Assembly (NCBI GenBank): GCA_965208835.1
Contig: OZ242358.1
Coordinates: forward strand, 3,456,001-3,520,000
Source of the DNA: Candidatus Latescibacterota bacterium
GTDB taxonomy: Bacteria > Latescibacterota > UBA2968 > GCA-2709665
DNA length: 64,000 nucleotides
Direction: 5' to 3'
Notes under the pieces: model-generated
Database searches by the model: none
Seen by the model: only the letters and a program-made list of their open reading frames with translations
What the model was told of the DNA's origin: nothing
Part shown: piece after piece, positions 1 through 9,612 of the stretch
Layout of the letters: every line of letters starts with the position of its first letter
How positions within the stretch are numbered: the stretch's first letter is position 1
Position numbers and translations under genes: made by a program

Positions 1-1
1 T

Positions 2-1321
2 CCCTCCCCCCGTCAAGCCATAGCCCGGCGTTCCCGTCATGATCAACCGCCGCCCGTCAGGGTGCGCCAGCAGCGCGTGCGGGCGGATAATTGTGGGATT
101 CACGGATATTAAAACCCTGGGGTTCGGGTCCTCGGGCGCCCGATCGTCCCACGGCCGCGCGGGGTCGTATTCCCAGAGCCTGCCGTCCGCGTACTCCGCG
201 CAGTAGATCTTTTCGCCCTGAACGGCGAGCGCGTTCAGGTGTCCGATCAGGTCCAACAGCCCGTGGTGGGTGAACGCATCCGCCTCCGGATCGTACGTAT
301 AGAACCTCAGGGGATGCCCGGTCGAACCGTGGATTCTGCCGTCCGGACCCTCCGCGATCGACAGGATGGGGGATCCGGCCGATTCATAGTCGATTTCCAG
401 ACGTCTTACCGTTCCCGCCTCGGTGACCTCGACGTACTTCTCCGGAAGGTTGATCTCATCGAGCGACCAGCCATCCGGGAAATTGTCCAGGACCGCCTCC
501 TGGATGCCGGCCAGGATCGGCCGCTCGGCGGCGGGCGCGTCCACCGACGTCACCGCGCCTTCGAGCATCGCCCACCACGGACCGGTGTCGTACGTCCTCC
601 CGTACACCTTGCTGTCCACGCCCCGGTAGACGGTCGATGAGCCGTGCCGGCGGTCGGATTCGGGAATCAACGCGGCACGTTCGCCTGTTGCCGGATTGAA
701 TGAAACGATCTGCCCGCGCGTGGCGCCGATGCCCGCGTAGACCCACCCGGAACCGTCCACCGCGATCGTCCTCGGGTACTGCGGCCAACTCTCATGGTTC
801 AGCGGGCCGTGGTTCTCCAGTTTTCTACTGTCCGGATCGAAGCTCAGCAATTCGCAGTTGGGATACGCGGACGTCCAGACCGTGCCGTTATCGTCTTCTG
901 TAAACGACATGGCGAATCTCGGCGGCGCATCGGACCAGAACGTGAAGCGGCGTGATTCGGCGTCGAACTCCACGAACTTGTCGAAATACGAATAGAACCG
1001 GTTACGCGTGGACAACAGAACAGCGAAGGGTGTCGAGGCCATCCCGAACGGAGTCGGAATCTGATCCACCTCGCCCGACCGCGCGTCAATCACGAGAATC
1101 GACCCGCAACCCCGGTGGTCCATCGGCCACGCCAGGACGATCGGCCGCCCGTCGCCGTCTACCGTTGCCGCTACCCCTCGCGCACGACACACCGGAGCCG
1201 CCACGCCGTGGCGCGCGAACCCGTCACCGAAATCACGGGTCCCCGCGCTTGCCGCGCGCCTGAAGATCAACAGAAGTGCCGCGAGGACTGTCGCAAATGC
1301 CGAGAATAAAACCAGGCTCAT
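2..1321 (-). CDS. Secreted or membrane-anchored beta-propeller (streptogramin lyase Vgb/WD40-like) protein, truncated by the window edge
   Basis: Not in the ORF track because it has no stop inside the window. Hand translation from ATG 1321 (GGAGG upstream) stays open to the edge: MSLVLFSAFATVLAALLLIFRRAASAG...DDNGTVWTSAYPNCELLSFDP...GPDGRIHGSTGHPLRFYTYDP...WEYDPARPW...TGTPGYGLTGG. Confidence 0.8.
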   Translation of the reverse strand, partial: MSLVLFSAFATVLAALLLIFRRAASAGTRDFGDGFARHGVAAPVCRARGVAATVDGDGRPIVLAWPMDHRGCGSILVIDARSGEVDQIPTPFGMASTPFAVLLSTRNRFYSYFDKFVEFDAESRRFTFWSDAPPRFAMSFTEDDNGTVWTSAYPNCELLSFDPDSRKLENHGPLNHESWPQYPRTIAVDGSGWVYAGIGATRGQIVSFNPATGERAALIPESDRRHGSSTVYRGVDSKVYGRTYDTGPWWAMLEGAVTSVDAPAAERPILAGIQEAVLDNFPDGWSLDEINLPEKYVEVTEAGTVRRLEIDYESAGSPILSIAEGPDGRIHGSTGHPLRFYTYDPEADAFTHHGLLDLIGHLNALAVQGEKIYCAEYADGRLWEYDPARPWDDRAPEDPNPRVLISVNPTIIRPHALLAHPDGRRLIMTGTPGYGLTGGG

Positions 1322-1459
1322 GCCTAACCTCCGGAGAGACGCATCAGATACCGCCGGATCCACGGCTGCCAATATGCCGAGCCGAACCTCGAAAGTCAAG
1401 TGGATGCATCCGTACCAGGGAAGTCGCTGCAGCCAATTGCCGGGATGCCGGACGTTGCT

Positions 1460-1489
1460 AAAAAAACGCCGATCTACTCTCAGATCGGC
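1460..1489 (-). terminator. Rho-independent terminator downstream of the higA-GNAT genes
   Basis: GCCGATCT/AGATCGGC stem at 1468-1489, followed on the minus strand by a T7 tract. Confidence 0.6.
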
Positions 1490-1691
1490 TTCGTGAATAG
1501 CACATATATTATTCTTTGCAGCGTTGATGCATTCCGGACGATGAGATTCACACGGGACCGGTGACGTTTGCGTTGGAGACTATTGCCACTAGGGCAAAAC
1601 AGGTGGCGGCTCTATCCCTGCGACATAGGTGAATTCAAGCCGTTCGGTGTACTCCTGACCTATCGCGCTTTGCCCTGCCCTTAGCCGCCCC

Positions 1692-1772
1692 CTGAGCCTG
1701 TCGAAGGGTCGGCGAAGGGCCGTCTGACGCGACAGAACGGATATAGAAACGCGGGCACTTCGACAAGCTCAG
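1692..1772. repeat. REP-like inverted repeat pair
   Basis: CTGAGCCTGTCGAAG (1692-1706) and CTTCGACAAGCTCAG (1758-1772) are inverted with 1 mismatch. A partial third copy TTCGACAGGCT lies at 1802-1812 and a related TGAGCTTGTCGAA at 27874-27886. Confidence 0.7.
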
Positions 1773-1899
1773 TGACCACGTTTCTCAGGCGTTGCAGTCG
1801 TTTCGACAGGCTAAACTGCTGCAGCGCAGAATACGAACTATAGATCTCTCCCGGTAAAATGTCATCACAATTCGATTCTGACCGCACGTGGACACCGGA

Positions 1900-2490
1900 T
1901 TACAGATCCTTGTACCAGGTCAGTTCCACGTCGTCCAGTCCGTCTGCATGATAGGCGTACAGGTGGACCTTGCCGAGCCGCGCCCCCATGTGCGCGTAGA
2001 AGCGGCAGGCGGCGACGTTGATGTTCTGGGTCTCTATCTTCAACTGATTGCAACCACGATTCCTGGCACAGGTCTCGGCGTGTTGAAACAGCGACTTGCC
2101 GACGCCCCGTCCCCGGTCGTCCGGGCGGACCCGAATGTCCCACAGGCCGGCGAGGTCTTCCCGCCCTTCGCAATAGTTCACGTCATCGCCGTGAAAGGCG
2201 ACGATCGCGCCGCCGATGCGCTCTCGCTCCCGGAACGCGCCCAGGAAGATCCAGTTCGACAAATCCCACGATCTGCGCGCCAATCGTTCGGGGCCATCGG
2301 GTTCGTCATAGTCCTTGATATAGGGCGGCTTCACGGCTTCCTCGATCAGCCGGATCCCCCCCAGGCCGCCGGACACCCGTTCGACGCGAAAGCGGCTGTT
2401 CACTTCGAAGCCTATCGGCACGCTGCCGTATTCGGGCAGGACGTCGGCGGTTTCCTCAACGATGCGGAAATCCACTGCTCTTTCGATCAC
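1900..2490 (-). CDS. GNAT N-acetyltransferase, streptothricin acetyltransferase (Sat)-like
   Basis: Acetyl-CoA motif VRPDDRGRGVGKSL and KIETQNINVAACRFY; start codon uncertain (GTG 2490 or 2475). Confidence 0.75.
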   Translation of the reverse strand: MIERAVDFRIVEETADVLPEYGSVPIGFEVNSRFRVERVSGGLGGIRLIEEAVKPPYIKDYDEPDGPERLARRSWDLSNWIFLGAFRERERIGGAIVAFHGDDVNYCEGREDLAGLWDIRVRPDDRGRGVGKSLFQHAETCARNRGCNQLKIETQNINVAACRFYAHMGARLGKVHLYAYHADGLDDVELTWYKDL

Positions 2491-2521
2491 CTGTCGTACC
2501 CTTCTGGTGTGCAGAACTGGC

Positions 2522-2812
2522 TCAACCCGACACCTTGACAAGCGGCTCGATGGCGCTGACGTCCGTCCTGGAACGGGCGACGTCAAGGTCGTACATCCGC
2601 TGCAGATTCAGCCAGAAGTCTGGGGTCATGCCCAGTGCCTTTCCGATTCGCAGCGCTGTATCCGCCGTAATGGACCTGCGGCAGTGGACGATATCGTGGA
2701 TGCGTACTTGCGGCACGCCTATCGTCTTGGCCAGGCGGTATTGCGTGATGCCGAGCTCCTCCACGATCTCCGCCAGAAGTTCTCCCGGGTGTAACGGTTC
2801 AGGGGTTGACAT
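2522..2812 (-). CDS. higA: HigA-family addiction module antitoxin (XRE HTH)
   Basis: HPGELL...GITQYRLAKTIGVPQVRIHDIV...RSITADTALRIGKALGMTPDFWLNLQRMYDL. Confidence 0.9.
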   Translation of the reverse strand: MSTPEPLHPGELLAEIVEELGITQYRLAKTIGVPQVRIHDIVHCRRSITADTALRIGKALGMTPDFWLNLQRMYDLDVARSRTDVSAIEPLVKVSG

Positions 2813-2948
2813 TGGCACGCTCCTCGGTGGCAACCGGTGGCTTCGATTACCATACGATCTATATTATCTTCTGCATTAATTTCAGCATTATTGGCTATAA
2901 TCCCGGATGTTACGTGTTCGATGGCTTTCACACGAATTGTGCCAAATC

Positions 2949-3839
2949 TCATCCAACGTGAGGATGTTTACCTCTCCTATTTCCTGCGCATATCACTTCG
3001 ATCACATCCTTGCGCCAGCAGACACCAAGCGCTGCACCCTCTTCTTTCCTGCCAACACGACCACTATAGCAGCCGATAAACTCCATCGCGCGGCCGGACA
3101 ATACAACATCGTTCCGTTTCCAAAATCCGGGTTCCTTTTCTTCGATCGGTCCGTATGGATTCGACATGTCCCAAGGTCCAACATAAAGTGCGAATACTGG
3201 AGAACCGGACATACCCTCTCTTGTCTGTGAGTCAACAAAAAACGCGGGTAGAGTATTCCCATTCTGGAGGCCACCGAATTCCGACATTATGCCTCCAATA
3301 GTAACATTAAAGTAGGGCTCCGAGGCTATGTAGCCTGATTTCCACAGAGGAAGCCCGATGCCAACGCTGATTGATCGAGGGAATCCTAGTATGAACACAG
3401 TGCACCCAGGCTCCACTGGGATCCGGTCTTGACTAACGCGATTTGCCGCGTTGTGCCAAAAATCCGGACAGTTTTTGGGTCGTTTCATGGGCAAAGCGAC
3501 GACATCACACATAGATCCGATTTCCGGATGTTCGAGCCAGAGTGGTTCTAAATTCTCGTAGATATTTACTTTTCGAGCGACAGTTGTAAATGATTTTTTT
3601 GAATCCAGAATCGTTGCAAATTTGGCCTTTATGTACGTGGGGGTCCTTCCTCGGGAGCTTAATGGACACTTAGTAATAAAGTGCCTCCCGCTGAAATTGT
3701 GCCAGTTTGTTACGAGAAACCACTTGCTATCAGACTCGTAGAAAAAAGCAGTGCCGGCAGAAATAACACCTTGATCGTCCCACATTTGAATTTCAAATGG
3801 ACATTGCGAGTACGTACTCCTGATTCCTTTTTCAGGCAT
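2949..3839 (-). CDS. Trypsin-like serine protease domain protein, no signal peptide
   Basis: Catalytic triad contexts LVTNWH, DVVAL and GMSGSPVF. Confidence 0.8.
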   Translation of the reverse strand: MPEKGIRSTYSQCPFEIQMWDDQGVISAGTAFFYESDSKWFLVTNWHNFSGRHFITKCPLSSRGRTPTYIKAKFATILDSKKSFTTVARKVNIYENLEPLWLEHPEIGSMCDVVALPMKRPKNCPDFWHNAANRVSQDRIPVEPGCTVFILGFPRSISVGIGLPLWKSGYIASEPYFNVTIGGIMSEFGGLQNGNTLPAFFVDSQTREGMSGSPVFALYVGPWDMSNPYGPIEEKEPGFWKRNDVVLSGRAMEFIGCYSGRVGRKEEGAALGVCWRKDVIEVICAGNRRGKHPHVG

Positions 3840-3869
3840 CGGTTTAGACTTCCTATATTAATCGCGACA

Positions 3870-6728
3870 TTACTGTCTTGCGAGATTCAGATCCAGTAGC
3901 AACTTTAACGCTTCTTCTTCGGAAATATCATTGTCCCAGCCATATGCTGCGGCTACAGCCGTATCAAGCCCTGCATGTGCGTCGGCGAGCCATTGGGGAC
4001 GTGCGTTGTAAAGGTTTGTCAACGTGCGTTTCTTAAGTTCCTTAGCTGCGACTTCATCGCGTGGTATCGGTCGCGTGGGATAACCGGGAACCGGTTCGTC
4101 GACCCATTCCACCCACTCTGGCGGATTAAGCCATCTGTCGCGGAGTTCGACCAATCGTCTTGCTGCATCGGCGATGGCGATTGCACGAGTTTCATTAGCG
4201 TATTTTGATACGGCAACGTCGGGCGAGAGCCCCGCGGGAAAGGGATAGGTCTCGAATGTGGTGGTCGGCGTATAGCGAGGATCGTTGCCTTTTCCAAGCC
4301 ACGTGCCGAGCCGCAGTGACCATATTTCGTGAAAGCGGCTATGCAGAATGCCGAAGGTTGTGTCGTCGTCACGCGCGACAACTATCAATGCGTGGTCGGG
4401 ACAGATGCGTACGTCGCGCCAGTCGAACAATCGGTGTTTGGATACGCAAGGCGTGGCCATGTAACGCGATATCCCAGCGAACGCACGCCACATACCTGGT
4501 CTCGGCTCAACATGCCGCCACCAGTTCTCACGATAGGCTTCTCGGCGATTTCCCTTTCGCAACGGATAGACTCGTTCCTGTACCCATCGAAATGGCTCTT
4601 CGTATAGAGCTGCATCGGCGGCTGTCATCGACCACCCGAAGTCAATAATCCACTTGCCCGACGAACGTCTGGTTAGGTCCATTCCGTTAAACCACGGCTT
4701 GAGTACGTCAGCATTCGTACGTCCGTTTGGATTTGCTGGAAGATTGAGCCACTTTCTAGCTTGATCCCCTTCTATATCGAAGGCGCCACCCTTCGTATCA
4801 CCCATGAATGCGACGTTTGAGTTCTCCAAAAGGCGCCCGCCACTTGTGACATCCGCCCCGCGCCCAGCGGCACGCGACGTGAGATCCATAAAGATCTCGT
4901 CAACGCTTTCGCCATCAAGGCGTATCTCCGAAATGGCATTGTCATCAGCCCGCGTAAAACAAACGAGTGAAACACGTACATTCGCTCCGTCGATCACCCA
5001 CGGCTCGTCACTCCAGGCATCGAAAATCCTCCCATTGTCGGTCGCCGCACGCAGAGCACGGCGGTTAGCACCGCCGCGTATGGAGTTAGTGGCGACGAGA
5101 CCAACCCTCGTGGAAGTTCCGGAAGCGATCTGCTTACCCGCTTTCTGAAACCAGTAGCAGACAAGGTCGGCTTCCCTCGGAACGCGTCCGTCGTACGACG
5201 CAAACATCCGAGACACGTAGTTCTCACCGAGGTACGAAATTAGAAGCTTTCCGCCTAGAAACGGTGGATTTCCTATTATGACATCCGCATCAGGCCATTC
5301 CGATTCATCGCCATCCTGTGTCAAGATTGCGTCACGGCATTCAATGGTATTAAGTGGTTTAAGTACGGGACTTTCAGCCCAACCATACCCGTTTCGCCGC
5401 ATCCACTGGATCTCACCGATCCAAATCGACACGCGAGCTAACTCAGCGGCGAACGGGTTGATTTCTAATCCTTTAACGTTGGCGGGGCCAACCATCGGAA
5501 ACGAGCGCTGGAATTCGAATGCCTCGGCTTCAAGTTGAATCGTATGTTCTATATCCTTGAGAGCATGCAATGCGATGTAAAGAAAATTACCGGATCCGCA
5601 GGCCGGATCCAGGACGATGAACGATCGGAGCCGACGCAGAAAGGCGTCCTTGCGTTGCTCGGCCTGACGGCGATGTCGAGTTCGAGCAGAAGCAGACCGG
5701 GCAGTTTCCGATCGCTTCAACACATCTATAATCTCCCTCTTCTCCTTTTTCCACTCTTCCAACCATGGTCGAATTATCACGGGCTCGACGATGCTCATTA
5801 TCTTTTCTGGGTCTGTATAATGCGCTCCCAATTGCGCCCGTTTGTTAGGGTCCAAACCGCGCTCAAATAGAGTACCCAAAATAGAGGGATCAACTTCCGA
5901 CCACTCCAATTCCGCCGCACGCAACACCGTCTCGATTTCGGCCGGTTCCAAGTGCAATGTGGCACCGTCTTCGAACAAACCACCGTTAAACCACACGACC
6001 GGTTCAAAACCGACCTGTCCACCAGTTGCCATATTCCCAAATAGAACGCGAGACATATCGATGAATCGATCGGGGTGCTTGCGTGCTTGCTTCAACATTC
6101 GAGTAAAAAGGTTGTTTGGCAATAGACCCACGTCCTCGGCGAACATGCAGAAGACCATGCGATTCACAAAATGCGCAACTGCTTGCGGCTCATGGCCACG
6201 TTCTCGTAAGGTCAGAGCCACCGCCGCAAACGCCGTCGCGGCGCGCTCGGTCAGATCCTGTCTGGTCTCATCAGGACGCAGTCGATCGGGATCGGAAAGT
6301 GCCCATTTGAGCTGTTCGCGGACCTCGGCATCGATCAAGTCATCGATTTCGAACTCGTATGTCTTGCTGACACTGTTCGTCCAATGGGTACGAATCCGGA
6401 ATCGGTGCATGTCCGACACGATCAATAGGGGCGGGTTCTCCAAAGCCAAAGCGTATTGCCGAAGTTGTGTGAATGCCGCGTCCAAATTCGCGTGGAGACC
6501 CTTGTACTCCCACGCGAAGCAATGTCGCTTCCATACGTCGGCCCAACCATCGCCGCCGGTTTCCTTAATAGCGCCCTTCTCAAAGCAATACGTCTCACCA
6601 GTTGGGTCGGCTTCGACCGGCGTCGGTTCGCCGACCAACCGGCACACGTCGATAAAGTGCTCCTGGGCAGCTGAGCGTTCCTTGAGTTCGACGTCACGCC
6701 ATTTGGTTATAAATTCTTGAGGAGTCAT
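3870..6728 (-). CDS. MmeI-like type IIL/IIG restriction-modification enzyme (fused endonuclease, m6A methyltransferase and target-recognition domain)
   Basis: N-terminal MTPQEFITKW and ADVWKRHCFAWEYK (PD-(D/E)xK-like); GAHYT; LDPACGSGNFL (motif I); IIGNPPF (motif IV); C-terminal RYTPTTTFETYPFP...TLTNLYN. Confidence 0.88.
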   Translation of the reverse strand: MTPQEFITKWRDVELKERSAAQEHFIDVCRLVGEPTPVEADPTGETYCFEKGAIKETGGDGWADVWKRHCFAWEYKGLHANLDAAFTQLRQYALALENPPLLIVSDMHRFRIRTHWTNSVSKTYEFEIDDLIDAEVREQLKWALSDPDRLRPDETRQDLTERAATAFAAVALTLRERGHEPQAVAHFVNRMVFCMFAEDVGLLPNNLFTRMLKQARKHPDRFIDMSRVLFGNMATGGQVGFEPVVWFNGGLFEDGATLHLEPAEIETVLRAAELEWSEVDPSILGTLFERGLDPNKRAQLGAHYTDPEKIMSIVEPVIIRPWLEEWKKEKREIIDVLKRSETARSASARTRHRRQAEQRKDAFLRRLRSFIVLDPACGSGNFLYIALHALKDIEHTIQLEAEAFEFQRSFPMVGPANVKGLEINPFAAELARVSIWIGEIQWMRRNGYGWAESPVLKPLNTIECRDAILTQDGDESEWPDADVIIGNPPFLGGKLLISYLGENYVSRMFASYDGRVPREADLVCYWFQKAGKQIASGTSTRVGLVATNSIRGGANRRALRAATDNGRIFDAWSDEPWVIDGANVRVSLVCFTRADDNAISEIRLDGESVDEIFMDLTSRAAGRGADVTSGGRLLENSNVAFMGDTKGGAFDIEGDQARKWLNLPANPNGRTNADVLKPWFNGMDLTRRSSGKWIIDFGWSMTAADAALYEEPFRWVQERVYPLRKGNRREAYRENWWRHVEPRPGMWRAFAGISRYMATPCVSKHRLFDWRDVRICPDHALIVVARDDDTTFGILHSRFHEIWSLRLGTWLGKGNDPRYTPTTTFETYPFPAGLSPDVAVSKYANETRAIAIADAARRLVELRDRWLNPPEWVEWVDEPVPGYPTRPIPRDEVAAKELKKRTLTNLYNARPQWLADAHAGLDTAVAAAYGWDNDISEEEALKLLLDLNLARQ

Positions 6729-6964
6729 GGTGATTAAGGCCGCCGCCGATTTGGAGGTGATTCCAGTGGAGTGGAGTCCTTGAGGATGAATTCGGTCACA
6801 AACAAGAAACAGCTGCATTGAGAATCATCTTTGAGCCAATAATCGATCAGAGATTCTCAAGATGCGCTTTCAATTCTACAGCTAAATCCTGGGCTTCTTC
6901 GTTCGAAAGGTAGGGTGCCTTAATCGTCGAAGCCCAGTTTTCCAAAGGGCAACGGTTTTTGTTG

Positions 6965-8911
6965 TCAAACATCCACGTACTTCAGTTTATATATTTCATT
7001 TGTGCCCGACAGGCTATCTAGAGTTACCGCTTTAACTGGTCTGCTGGTGCCATCGACCCGCCACCGAGCCAGCGCAAAATTCACGTATTTTTCCTCATGA
7101 AAATCCAGGAATTTTGCATAGACTTCGTACCAATATCTCCTCGTCTTTCTCTTCCATCCCCTCCGCTTCAATTCTTCTCTCGCATCATAGAATAGGCCCT
7201 TCAATTCTCTGATCATTATCGTATCCGGAGCGTCCTCTATGTTTTCGAAATATTTCTCAACTTTTTCCTCAGGTGGTGTGTTTTGTATGCTTAAATTTAT
7301 ACGTTCTCTGAGCAATACAAAGTTCCCAAGACGCCGTTTGTTCACGTCAAGGCCACCATTGTTGAGATAACTTGACTCAAAAATTCCATGAGGATCCTTA
7401 TCCTTTACTGCCCAAATGTGTTCAATAGTATAAAAGTCGTTCGGTCTCAGGTCATCTCTTGGTGCCAGTTTCTCAACCAGCGTTTCCCCACGTTTCTCCA
7501 AGCGTTCCAGATTCCCCTCATAACTTGCAAGGAAGTATTTCAGCCATCGCCAAGAATAGTAGTCTCCTGACTCATCGTGATCCAATGTCAGGTACTTGAC
7601 CATTTTGGGGTCGTTGGCTTTAGAATTCACGAATTCGCGCAATTGCTTATCGAGCCAAGATGCATCTATCAGTGTAAGGTCCGCGCGGGTACTTGAGTGA
7701 AGGTTGTAGAACTCGTGTGCTAGCCTATATAACTCACCCTGTCCAGAGTCAGACCGTGAGGCAATGCCTGTTCCATAGAATCGAAAGTTAAGTTTTTCGA
7801 TCAGTCGCAGTAGATTAATTCTAGCTGAGAGTTCAGTTTCGCGACTAAATATCGCAAGAGTCAATGGGAGCACGGACGCCAACACGGGTTGATTTCCGAG
7901 ACGAGTCAGGCAGATTTCCTCATGCTGATCAAAAACGTCTTTTCTTGTGAAGAGCTTGCGATAGGTATGTGCAGATTCTTCAAGAAACGAGACGAAGTTG
8001 TCGAGAGACTTCCAATTGCCCTTTTCTGTGGTCGGGAAGTTGGCCTTTAGATTCTCGTAGACGTAAAAGCTTCTATTCTTGTTTGTGTCGTGAAATACGA
8101 TCCAGCAGTTACGAAGAAATGCGTTTTCGTCATCGTTGGATGTGAGATTGCAGCTATTTAGGTGGTCCAATATTCTCGGCCATTTTTTCAATACCGTGGA
8201 TCGTAGGTCTTGGATGTCATTTTTCTCTGAAAAGTACATCAGGTAGTTTTTGACCTTCTCCAGTTCACTAAGTTGCTTCCCCCGGTTGTTGATTACTTCA
8301 AACATGATTCCGATTTCTTTGGTCCTATTTGGGGCATACATCAGGAATCCAAGTTTAGTAGTCACATAATCATAAACTTCAGTGATTGTTTCTTCATCAC
8401 TGTATTCTTGAAACCATCGTTTAAACTGAGCAAACGCGTCAACGATGTTCTGGTCCCCCTTACTATTGGCAATTACCCTACACTCTGGGTCATTATCCAA
8501 TTTCTGAAACAGTTCATGGTGGTCGCTCGATAACTTAAACTTGGGACGAGTATTTCCGGCTTCGCTGCCTTCTTCGATGTAAAAACGCCTTAAATTCCGA
8601 GGCGCCTCTTTGTTGATGCGTCTAAAGGCGTGAGCCAGGCAAGACAGGAGAATTATCAGAGTCGTCAGCCGCTGTTGACCGTCAACTATTTCATAGACAT
8701 CACGATATTGCGATTTGGCAACAACCAACGTCCCAATGTAGTGGAGATAACCTCCTTCTATCCCATATGTAATGTCCTTGAGCAAGTCTTCGCGTTGATG
8801 CTCCTCCCAAGAGTAACCGCGCTGATAGTCGGGGATTGTGAACGACCTCGTTCCCTCAGCGAAAACCTCCTTCAACGAGAGCAATTTAAGGCGTTCTTCA
8901 CTAGTGGACAT
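6965..8911 (-). CDS. GmrSD-like DUF262 plus HNH (DUF1524) nuclease
   Basis: IPDYQRGYSW, IVDGQQRLTT and FEVINNRGKQL (DUF262); TIEHIWA...LGNFVLL...IN (HNH-like); GGAGG RBS. Confidence 0.85.
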   Translation of the reverse strand: MSTSEERLKLLSLKEVFAEGTRSFTIPDYQRGYSWEEHQREDLLKDITYGIEGGYLHYIGTLVVAKSQYRDVYEIVDGQQRLTTLIILLSCLAHAFRRINKEAPRNLRRFYIEEGSEAGNTRPKFKLSSDHHELFQKLDNDPECRVIANSKGDQNIVDAFAQFKRWFQEYSDEETITEVYDYVTTKLGFLMYAPNRTKEIGIMFEVINNRGKQLSELEKVKNYLMYFSEKNDIQDLRSTVLKKWPRILDHLNSCNLTSNDDENAFLRNCWIVFHDTNKNRSFYVYENLKANFPTTEKGNWKSLDNFVSFLEESAHTYRKLFTRKDVFDQHEEICLTRLGNQPVLASVLPLTLAIFSRETELSARINLLRLIEKLNFRFYGTGIASRSDSGQGELYRLAHEFYNLHSSTRADLTLIDASWLDKQLREFVNSKANDPKMVKYLTLDHDESGDYYSWRWLKYFLASYEGNLERLEKRGETLVEKLAPRDDLRPNDFYTIEHIWAVKDKDPHGIFESSYLNNGGLDVNKRRLGNFVLLRERINLSIQNTPPEEKVEKYFENIEDAPDTIMIRELKGLFYDAREELKRRGWKRKTRRYWYEVYAKFLDFHEEKYVNFALARWRVDGTSRPVKAVTLDSLSGTNEIYKLKYVDV

Positions 8912-9612
8912 ATGAAATCCTCCCAATTTTAGTCTTTATCGGAATATTTCAGTAAATGTAGATTGCTTGAATAACCGAGCGTTTGACACAACTCTGTCCG
9001 ACGACTGGCTCGCCTTGGTAACACAGGAGCAAGTCCTTGCTTTGCCACAACCACACCCGTGTGATTCCAGACAGCTCAATGATGGAATCGAAGACCACAT
9101 CCCACGGCCGCTTGTCACCGGTTTTACGTTTAGCGTCACCTTCCACAAAATGAGAAAATACCGATCTTTACATAATTCGGTCAAGGCTTATTGTCTGACG
9201 GCAATATTAAGGGAATCAGACAGCGTGACAACGTCCTGCGTTGAAACCAGGAAATCGGATACTCCTGCTGCACGAACTCGCGTATCTGAATAGCAAACAG
9301 CCTTCTAATCGCCACCTCCAGTGACACCAATCGGCTGTCGATATGTACGATTCATCACGCTTCACACAGAGAGTAGCGCCGTTACCGATATTTCAGGCGT
9401 CCGAATTAGGCAAACCTCGCGGATGCGGCCAGACTGAATGCACAACTCAAGCACGTCGAACACTGATTGATTCAATGCAATCTAGCGTCTGGCTTTCCTG
9501 TCACTACGTACACAAGCGAGATCATCGGAAGTTTTCAGAACTAGCCATAACCTGTTAATTTCATTGCATTTTGTGAGTTTTTTGTCTATTTTCGACCTTT
9601 CGCGTTGACACA

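Noticed and set aside
8930-9600. Short ORFs or an integrase remnant at the right island edge
   Set aside because: No recognisable motifs, and no tRNA or att direct repeat was found; probably decayed DNA or promoter sequence.
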